A stretch of DNA of 57,678 nt, the filler included, from Platydemus manokwari (taxonomy: Eukaryota): the NCBI GenBank assembly GCA_037951405.1. It is 5 parts of 5 records of this genome, joined end to end, with 100 filler letters (N's around TTAATTAATTAA, not from the genome) between each part and the next. Parts side by side here need not be neighbours in the genome. Positions count along the whole stretch, not along the records: positions 31,430 to 40,444 come from JBBMOY011313983.1; positions 40,545 to 57,678 come from JBBMOY011118107.1; 3 more parts are not named here. One strand, given 5' to 3'. Shown here piece by piece: positions 37,090 to 57,678 of the stretch. The position numbers and the translations under genes were made by a program. The first letter of the stretch is position 1. Each line of letters begins with the position of its first letter. The notes beneath the pieces were generated by a model. It was not told where the DNA came from. It made no database searches and saw only the letters and a program-made list of their open reading frames with translations.

Positions 37090-40000
37090 GGTCAAAAAGG
37101 AAAGGTTTCGATATTTTGCCATCGTTGCGATGATATAATCAATATTAAATATAACAGATTTTTATTATATATGTATATATTTAACAACAACTCTAATGTA
37201 CTTTTAATAAGAACTCTTTTCAGTAGACTATGGTAACTGTTTGACAATAATTTTAACAAGTTTTTTTGCAAATCCTCTACTTTTCTTTCAGGCACTGGTT
37301 CTCTTTCCATCTTTTTATGCGTCCTTCCACTATGAGTTTTTGTGATCCCGGGTTTGCAAATGCTTTTAAGAATTTTTGGGTAGCTCATGTAATGGTGTCG
37401 GTGCCCATTTTGTTTATTTGATATTCTTTTGATGGCACATATTCAATTGTCGTCATAATATTTTGGCCAGTAGATAATGATTTAATACTGGGTATTTGAG
37501 TAAAAATTTATGTCACCACATCCTCACTATTTAATTCTATTACATCGGGACTGAAGTTTGATTCTTTGGAGTTTTCTGAGATCTGTTCAGTCCATTCTTT
37601 TAATTGATTTTTTATTGTTTTGGTCGCACTGCCATTGCAGCTAACTGCTGATATACTTTGAATCGTACAATAACTTAATTCTGAAAGTAATCAATGGTAC
37701 GATTTTCGTTCACACATCTTTCTAATATAAGTTGCAGAATTTCATCTCATTTGACAGAGCTATTTTGAAGTTGGTGCAAATTTAGCCATATTAATTGATT
37801 ACCCTTAAATGAATAGGAAACGCATTCCTTTTTAACATTTTATTCACAAAGATAATTCTTACTCGTGCTTGTACATCGGAGAATGACGCATTTCGAATGA
37901 AACATATGTGTGATTTCTGATATGCTTTGTATTAATTTGGATTTGGATAGTATGGTGCTATCTAAATCACTGTAGGTAAGTTTTATGGGATTACTAAAAT
38001 TTTGTTTAACCTGCACTTTTCTTCGGATAGTTACTTTTCTGTCAACCTCGTGTTCCATTCTTATTCTCAGAGGAGTTTGGGATCTGTTTGAGATTCTTGT
38101 TTCATCCGAATAGTCGACTGCTAATAATCTTTGGTTATGCCACGTTGAAGGGCTCTCTAGAAATTTGATGTTCACATCAGGACTTGAAAACTGAAATCGT
38201 AATCCATACTTTGTTTAGTTGTTGCTGAAAAACAAAATTTGATTAATTGAGATAGTTCTAGCTATTGATCTACTCTGTTCAGATATTTAATTATTGAATT
38301 TCTGTTGCTAGCAATTATAAATAAAAATGCCTCCATAACATACTCATACCACTTCATGCATACTTTAAACATATTTTTAATATTTATTTATAATGGGTGA
38401 CTTGATTTTATTTAGCTAGAATGATCAACATTTGTCATCTATCTGCTGTCATTGTTATGAAGCCGTACTTGACGTGCATTGGCCTGGTTGATTTTTTCAC
38501 ATTTGTGTTTTAAGTAATTATCATTTTAATTTATTCCTGCCACTACCATTTTGGCCATCAGAAATAATGAAATGACATAAAAAGCCTTTCATCTTTTCCA
38601 ATCAATGTCTTTGTAGATCTCTTTTATTCGTTCTTTCATCTACAAATGTAGGATTTTCCATATATTGAAGTCCTGTTGGTTTAATTAACTTTAAATATCC
38701 TATCACAATACTTTCTCTCCAATACATTAAGAAATATGATGCATGTCTACTTATTTCGTCTATAAAATTATAATATACTCATAGGCATAGTGATAAGTAA
38801 TTCTTTCCATTCAAAATGGCAAATAATTCTTACAATGTTCGATTAAAGCATTCAACCAATTCATCGGTTTGGGTATGGTATGCTTTGATGCATAATGTGT
38901 CGATATCAAATATTTCTGTTACTTCATGTATGATTTCACTTAAAAAGTTTGTACCTCTCTCTCTGTTAATAGTTTTTCTGGCAGTCAATATGTAAATATA
39001 ATTTTTCCATTATTATCTTTTCTATTGTTTCAGCCGTTTGGTTTTTAAAATCAAATGCTTCATAATAATCTATAAATACCAAAATGTATTTATGACCCTT
39101 ATTGGTTTTGGGTAATTGATACATAACGTTCATTGCACAAAATTTCGTGGATCCTACCAATGGGTAAATCGGGTTTAACGGCACTTTTGTTCTGACCTCC
39201 GTGCTTTTCCTTGAGATACATACTACACATCTTGCACACCAGTCCTGTACCCCTTCATTAATACTTGGAGACTCGTATTTTTGCTGTATTCTAGCGTCTG
39301 GATAGGGAATTCTGGATTAAGTATCAGCATTTCTATTAATCTTTTCCTACTCGGTAGATTATTTTTACATTACGGTCATGCATTTTTATTTCCCATCTCA
39401 TAAGTCTGTTCAATGTGTCTTGATGTTTCCATAAACTTTCTAACGGTTTTTAAGTCAGTTTTGAGAATTATTTCTCTTCCATATACACATGGTCTAAATT
39501 CTTAGAAGAACTTCTCTTTCAATGATTGAATAATTATTTTCAGCCTTTTTTACAATCTAGTCGTTAGTGTTATGGCATGATCTTTATCTTCTTCACCTTA
39601 CAGATCAAACAATGCTTATAATGCTCTTCCACTAGCGTCTATCATTATGACGAATGGAAATATCGGAATTATCAAAATGTTGATGCACTCTTTATATTAT
39701 ATTTTTCCATTTCTCAAACGCCTCTTGTTTTTCCCCCAACTAAAACGTAGTCTTTCTTCTTCTTTTGTTCTTTTTCCTTTCTTTCCTGATTCAGTATCCT
39801 TTTAACCTCCTTCTTTTTTTATTTCTTTGCATGATATGTTGGTTTCACTATTTTTGGATAATTCTTTTGAAATCGTCTGTAATAGTCTGCCATTTTCTAC
39901 AAGGTTTTGCTGAATTAAGCGTTTTTGGTACTGAAAAATCTCGAATATTTTCTAACTTTTCAAAATTTGGCTCAATACCTATGCATGAAATGACATGGTC

Positions 40001-40444
40001 TAGAAAGCTTACCTATTCTTTGACCCATTCAAATTTATTAGCATTTATCTTTAGTCCTTATCTAAATAATACTGTGTCTATATCTTGTTTCATATCTTTA
40101 TCAAAATCTGGTGAGAAGATAAAAATATCATCATTGTTCATCATTGAGGAACTCCACCAGTATAGTGATCATTAGTCGTTACTTACTCATTCTTAAACCC
40201 AAATGGTATTTTCTGATATTCGCATAATCCGTTTCTTAGGTAAAAAATATCTTTGGTATATCTTCTTCATTAATTGTAACTTGATGATATCCGTTATTCA
40301 GGGCTGAAGTAGTGAGATATTGTGCTACACTTAATTTATCAAACATCTCTTGGTGTCCAGGTATTGGACATATACTGGTCGACAAGATATTTAACCCGAT
40401 TGTAATTTCATTATAGATTTTTTATTATTCTTTTTTCTATATAA
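37090..40444 (-). mobile_element. degenerate Ty3/Gypsy LTR retrotransposon (pol; 5' part lost in gap)
   Basis: RT PIPGHQEMFDKL...GYHQV...IPFGFKN and decayed xxDDIFIFS; RNase H FVIMIDASG; integrase CARCVVC, LPKTNKGHKYILVFIDY and AYHTQTDELVECFNRTL. Left boundary uncertain. Confidence 0.85.
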
Positions 40445-40544
40445 NNNNNNNNNNNNNNNNNNNNNNNNNNNNNNNNNNNNNNNNNNNNTTAATTAATTAA
40501 NNNNNNNNNNNNNNNNNNNNNNNNNNNNNNNNNNNNNNNNNNNN
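40445..40544. other. assembly gap with artificial stop linker
   Basis: 44 N + TTAATTAATTAA + 44 N. Confidence 0.97.
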
Positions 40545-41389
40545 AAAATCAATATTCGACATAAGAATTACAAAAATTACCAAATAGGTGTTTATAGATA
40601 TATAAGATTCAGATACCATAGTGTGATTCAATAATAATGTGTTATAAAGAATATGCGATAAACTACATCCTTTATTTTTCATTAAATTGAAAATGTAATC
40701 AAATGACATATTTCAAAACTTTAACTTAAATCGACTTCTGTTTATCACTTTTGTTATCGATTTAAACTCATTTGATAATAAGTCGTCTTATAGACATTTA
40801 GAGAAGATCAACAACTTGAAATATAATTCCTGACACGAATGAATCATCTTAATTTTATTTGTGTAGTGTGAATATAAAACAAAAAACAAAACCGTTTTAA
40901 AATAAGAATATATTTTTGAACAGATTAGAATTAATAATTTAATATTTACGTTAGAGAAACAATTAGCACAAGATCACACTTAAAATATAAGTACGATAAA
41001 GTGAGATAAAATATAAATGACACATATATACTTGACAGTCAATTATTGTGTATTGTGAGGAATATGCAGCTATTACCAATAATACAATTACAACAAGTGC
41101 TTCAGCCAACAACTTGGTATAATGTTGTAATATACTATTTAACGGGTACTGATATTTATGGATTTGAGCTCCTATCCTATAGTGATAAATATAAAAGCTA
41201 TTTGAATTGGTAGGACTTCATCCAAGAAATTCAAACATCGTAGAAAACAAGCAAAAGCAAAGACAGCAGTAAATGTGTGGAGAACCGCAGCAAAGCTCTT
41301 TATATGTGTAGAAAATTTTAAATGACTTTAGAATTTATAATCGATGATAAAGAGAAATAGAATTTAATGATAAAAATGTCCAAAATTAC

Positions 41390-51869
<10,480 letters not shown>

Positions 51870-53614
51870 TCTACAGAAACTTGAAAATTAAGCAAACATA
51901 AGATTTAAAATTAAATCTGCCAATTTAATTTTCAAAATATATAAACAAGAGATTGTACGTCTTTAAAATTAAACATAAAGAGAACTTTAAATTTTCATTA
52001 ATACAACTAATTACATTTTTTACAAAGAAAGATAACTTGCTAATGAAATTGTTTATTAGATAAACTTATCTAAAATTCAATATTTTACTATTATGATTTG
52101 GTAAACTAACAATTGAGCAGCTAAAACTGAGGAAAATTTATTCAAAGAAAATTCCCATCATGAATGATTTGTCACATTACAAACCACCATATCTATATCT
52201 ATTTAATTTGTTTGTTCTTTAAATATTTTTTCAACTAAGCTATACATATTATGGGTGGTAGAATATCCACATTGAAAGTATTTCTAGCACATTATTCAAC
52301 GATTATAGTTCCTTTAAGAGTAAATAATATGTTTTTCCAGTAATAAAGTTTAAATATAGTACCTATATAGGACCTTAATATTGAATAAACGACTTTAATA
52401 GTGTAGACACCAGAAAAGTTGATAAATTACATGTTTTCGAAATAAAATAACACATGATTTTCATTCGCAAAACTGATTAAAAAGTCAACAACTGCTTAAT
52501 AAAATGAATTTTAAAAGTGATTAACGTGCTGTATACAGAAGGAATTATTGAATCCACATATTAATTTTTTAAATTTTTGATTAAAGTTGTAATAAACTCA
52601 CCGAACTGGTTAAATTGTTCCAAAAATATTAGGTAGAACTGTTGTTTTTATGTGAATGATGTATATATTATATATCACTTAATGTGTGAGAGTATGCTTA
52701 CAAGGCTTCTTTCCAAAAAGCTTGTCATTTTCGTTTAAGAGGATAGACTTGACATTAAACATCAGTGTATTTTTCAAAATATATACTCAATATACTGCTT
52801 CATTTTGATTGTTAACATAGTGTCATGTTATACCTTTAAGCGTAAATTGTTGTGTATACTGCAGCTGTCTCTTTCTCCCTGACTTCTTTCACGTTTCTTT
52901 TTCAATACTCAGATGATACCATATGCAGATTTTTAATAATTTGTTAATTGTAAAATATCACGAGATTGCACAATTTGTGTTTAAAATATTATAGTAGCTT
53001 TAAATTTCGCAGGTAAAAATAGTTATTATTTCTGTGGTTTTGTTTTTGTTAATTTTTTTATTTTAATTAACTTATTTGATTTAATTAAAAATTATAATTA
53101 TTATAGATGTGAATGAGATGGGTTATTTTAGTTTACTGAACATATAAATGTTGATAATACTACATTTTGCAACTTGAAGTCTGTCAAAATAACAACTCTC
53201 AAATTCAAATATAATATTCTTCTTGACGAATAAGCAAAATTACAAAAAAATCATTTGTAAGGTCTGTAAAGTTTGTGATGTTATGATACGAGAGATTTAG
53301 GAATCTAAAAGGGCTCTGATTTTAAGAATTAATGAGTTTGTTGACAATTCATACTTTTAATTTCTTATGATCTATTCATTTTATAAAGCTGACTCCAATA
53401 GGTGTATGGTATAAGCGATTTTTTAATAATGTGCTATTTATATTGTTTTTCTTATCATTTTTTTTATTTATTTATAATATTTTTTAAAAATTTATTATTG
53501 GTATTTATTATTACTATCTTTATTCCAATATTTGTATGATTACTGTACTTACTAACTTATTTATTTAATTTTATTTTATTCTTTCTATTTTTAGTTAAAA
53601 ATATTGACCACAGT

Positions 53615-56600
53615 TGTAATATATGTATATATGTGTGTGTAATCGTTTAAATGCTATTATATTTGTATAACTTGAATTAATAAATATTAATATTCTACTA
53701 TTTCTTTATCACATGGCGTCACGAGCAGATTTAGAACTAGCTATCTTTAATGGTGAAAATGCGGAAGAATTTCTTTCTTCAGTTGTCGAATATGTAGAAG
53801 TAATGGAAATTCTGAAAAATTTGAGAATCAAATTTATATTTTATTATGTAGATGCTGGTATAAAGTCGGAAATAAAATCCGATTTAAGTTACACAGGAGA
53901 GTTATCTTCAATTAAGATAATCCTTGTCGATATAGAAGAAGAAGTCAGTAATGACACCATATATGATGATAGGGATGCTTTATCAACAGTCGTCGGAGTC
54001 CTTCGAAAACATTTTAAAAAGAGTTAAAATTTCTGTGACTGAAATTAATATTGAAAATAAGGAAGAGATTTCCAGGAAGATATTCATTAAATGACTTCTT
54101 AATAAGAGCTATAAATTTGGCCTGAAGCAACTGAACTTCAAGAATATAGATGAAGTAAGCAGACTTATCAAGGAATAAACTGGTGTCTCTAAACCAGAAT
54201 CAGAAGATTTGGATATCCACTGAACACATAAAATTATATGAAAAGGACATCATTGGCAGATTAAAGAATGAGAATTTAAGGCCCAAGAAGAGAATAGCTA
54301 AATTAAGAGTGCAGAAACTTTTCGATAATCAGTTTGCAAGAGAAATCAATGGAGGATGTAACTTGTTTCAAGAGTAAACAAGAAGGACATTATGCTCATT
54401 TTGTAAGACAATTGAATGTTTTCAATGTGATGGTTCCCATCTGCAAATATTCTTTCATAAAAATGTCAATGATGTCAAATATTTAAATACCAAAGAAGAA
54501 GCACAACATCAGAAGCGAATAATGTCTCGAGCTTAGATACATTTTCGGAGAAAGATTGTTATATGTTAAATATGGATGACTGGAAACAAGTTAAACCCAG
54601 AAAGCCTATGCACATTCAATTTGATCGATGACAATTATGCGCAGTTTGTGAATGAGCAAGGGGATAAACCAATTTGAGAGTTGACAAAAACAGATACAGT
54701 TATAACGAACCTAAGAACAGAAAAGGCAAAAAAATAAATTAGTAGTCCATTGCAAAGTTGAAAATGAAGATACTTTGACACGGGAACTGAGCTTAATGTA
54801 AAAAGCCAAGATTTAGTCCATAGACTAGTGCAAAATGATGATTCAGTCAAAATGAGGAGATCTCCTAACAGGACTAGATGTGCAAATGGGTTAGTAATAA
54901 CACCTTCAGGACAGGTTTATTTAAGAGTTGTAGTTGGTCCAGAAGAACTATTTCAATATTTTGATGTAGTGCCAGAACTATTCCCTGAATGTTTTATTGG
55001 AATACGTTATATGAAGAAGGATTGAATTTCAATCGCACCAAGTAAGGATTGCATTAAAATAAAAGGGATTGAGATACCTTTTGTTTCTAAAACCCAAATA
55101 GAATCTTTAAATTTTTAGAGGTCAGGTTTAAGGGCCAGAATACCACAGAAGTAGAAACGAAGATCCAGAATAATAAACGAGTAATATTAACGAATGATGT
55201 GCTGTTGGGAGATAGTGATTACTTTGTAAAGGCTATGGTTGTTGACGGAAATAGCAGAAAAGTGGATAGTTTTTTGGATTATTTTTTTCTAGCAGTCAAG
55301 AGAAACATAGTGAAGAGGGATTTGATAATTGCCGATTCATTGCTTGAGGCAAGTAACGAATATGCTTTGGTAAGGTTGAAGCAAATTGAGAATGGCACCA
55401 AAAATATTTATACTGAAATGAATTTAGGTTGGGTAGAAGACATAAATGAAATAAACATTGGGAATTCAGTTAGGTTGTTTAATTTATGTTCAGAAAAGAG
55501 AGAAAGTAGACTAGATGAAATATTAAATAAAACATTGAACAGAAATTAGATGACAAACTGATTCCTGAGGATAAGAATAATTCTTTGAGGGTTCTATCGA
55601 AATACAGAAATTGTTTAAATACAGATCCAGAAGACTTAGAAAAATGCGAGATTGTGAAACATAGTATAAAAACAAACATTGATCACCCAATAGCTGTCAA
55701 ACCTCGTAGAAATCTATTAGGATTAGAAAAAGAAGTTAAACATCTAATAGATGGAATGTTGAAATCAAACGTTAGTAATCCAAGTAATTAAGAGTTGAAT
55801 TTCTCAATAGTGCTAGTAAGGAAAAAGGATGGAATGTAAATTATTTGAAGCTAAATGCAGCTACGTCCGAACCAATTTTTTCTATACCAAATTCTAAAGA
55901 AATATTTTATACTTTACAAGGAGCCAGATATTTTTAAACGATAGATTTGGCAAACGGATATCATCAAGTCGAATTGGAGGAATAGGGAAAAGAAAAAGCA
56001 GTATTCAGTACTAGATACGGACAGTTTCATTTTAATATAATACCTTTTGAATTATGATCAGCACCTGCAACTTTTCAGAAACTTAGGAATGTCATATTTA
56101 AGACTGAAAATTGGACAAACTGTTTAATTTATCTAGATGATATTCTAATATTTGGAAGAACAGCCAATGAATAGAATAAAAGGTTCGATTACCACATTGT
56201 GAATAATGGTCTATAAAGCATTAAAACCCACAAACGAACGTTATATAAGGGTTAAATATGAAAAAAGCGATGTATCGTGTAACGAAGATGAAAAATCTTT
56301 GTTTCGAGTGAAACAAGACAAGTATTTAGATCAGAATAAAGATGAAGAACTGAAAATGGTGATAAATGCAATTCTCAGCAGAAGTGTCAAATATAAATCA
56401 AAAATTCCACGTTAAAAAAAATATGTGGAAAAAGAGGGAATACTTAAATAAGAGGTGATGCATTATACTATGAGAAAAAAACGGAATCTATCTAATATTA
56501 AAACTTGTGTCCAAATGATCCATGGAGAATTAGGACATGTCGGATTAGAGAAAGCAACCGGAAATGTTGAAAACGAATTTCATTGACAAGGCCGCAGGAA

Positions 56601-57678
56601 TGCGTGCATTCGTGTTTTGAATTTCTCATCGGCTAAAAAAATTGATGGAAGAAATAGAGCTAAATTGCAATCAATAATTACAAATAAACCTTTCAACATT
56701 GTTGGTATCGATATTACATGACCATATCCTGAAACGAAGCAAGGCAATCGGTTTATACTAGGTATCATAGACTATTTTGCCAAATATGTATCGCTTATCC
56801 CATTAAAACATATCACTGCAGAAAATATACCCAATGCATCATGGAAAGAGCGGATAAGCAAATTTGGAGCTCCGGAATGTATACACTCGAAAACGGAACA
56901 AATTTTCAATCGATATTAATATCTGAATTGAAAATAAAGAGACCATTTACTTCTCCATTTTATCCACAGTTAAATGAGCTAATTGAGGGAACTTTTAAAA
57001 CAATGAAAAGCATGATTACAGCATCATTGAAGAATTACTCATGACGGGATGATGTAATAAAACACGTTCAATATGTCACAAATCAGCGAGGTATTCGCCA
57101 ATCAAAGTTCTTTTCGGTAGAAAACCACGGTTATTTATTAATGAGGTAAGGCCATATAAATAGAAGAGTTAATGAATCATCCTAGGAAAATGTTTGAAGA
57201 AGTACAGAATCATTATAAGAATCAGATTGTGAAGCAAGCAGAATACTATAACCGAGGTAAATATTCTCATGTATTATCAGTTGGTGATACAGTGAAGGTT
57301 GAAAAATCCGTTTTACAAACCTTTTGACAAAAGATTGTAAGCCAATTCAAGATTGTAGTTAAAATTAATGCATCGATTAATAAGCTCCAAGGACAAATGC
57401 TGAATAAAATTATTCAACGAAACTATAATCAAGTAAAGAAAAATGGAAATAGAGTTAATATCACAAACGATGATGGAAGAACGGACAGCTATACGAGTAT
57501 CGAAAGTATGAACAAGCGCTAGAGCAAAATCAACAGAAATGTTGACTTATATCAGGTGTACCGGTATGAAATGAGCGTTAAGATACAAATATGTTGGTAG
57601 AGAAGATTTGTTGTGAACAAGCCTTAATTTTTATTCTGTTTGGTTGGAATGACATAATCAATAACCTTATCAATAACC
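53615..57678 (+). mobile_element. degenerate Ty3/Gypsy LTR retrotransposon (gag, protease, partial RT, integrase)
   Basis: gag FNGENAEEFL; zinc knuckles CFKSKQEGHYAH and CFQCDGSH; protease FDTGTELNV; RT TIDLANGYHQVEL and IYLDDILIFG; integrase HGELGHVG, PFNIVGIDIT, GNRFILGIIDYFAKY and SPFYPQLNELIE. The 5' LTR ends ...atcaca at 53713, but its start is uncertain (53615 or 53274). Confidence 0.9.
53714..53731 (+). promoter_or_regulatory. primer binding site of the Gypsy element (tRNA-Ser-like)
   Basis: TGGCGTCACGAGCAGATT directly follows a CA. It is near-complementary to the 3' end of a metazoan tRNA-Ser(CGA) (expected TGGCGTCACGAACAGGATT, recalled rather than searched). Confidence 0.7.

Noticed and set aside
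39765-40175. 136-aa hydrophobic + strand ORF
   Set aside because: Antisense of the A-rich Gypsy pol. Its hydrophobicity comes from T-rich codons.

Overview
Very AT-rich eukaryotic (metazoan-type) scaffold made of five contigs joined by artificial 100-nt spacers (44 N + TTAATTAATTAA + 44 N). The best-supported gene is a minus-strand GCK-IV Ste20 kinase (MAP4K4/MINK1/TNIK/Misshapen/MIG-15 type) at 41390-51869. It is almost invisible in the ORF track because it is split into 21 manually assembled, phase-consistent exons, most separated by 42-65 nt introns. Other host-gene candidates are a MAST-kinase-like N-terminal exon (16474-16873 +), a 396-codon N/Y/Q-rich orphan terminal exon (9479-10669 +) and an orphan exon (35062-35543 -). 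The rest is a transposon graveyard: four mariner pieces (one young Mos1-like copy nested in an older mariner), hAT Charlie/Buster remnants and a MITE with its TSD, a Chapaev3-type transposase fossil, several L2/CR1-like LINE fossils, two Ty3/Gypsy elements, palindromic elements and a processed Rpt4/PSMC6 pseudogene. Composition, intron style and TE mix suggest a flatworm (planarian-like) genome, but that is inference. I found no convincing novel biological system. The most testable leads are possible truncated MAP4K isoforms, the hidden MAST-like and orphan exons, and odd Gypsy architecture.
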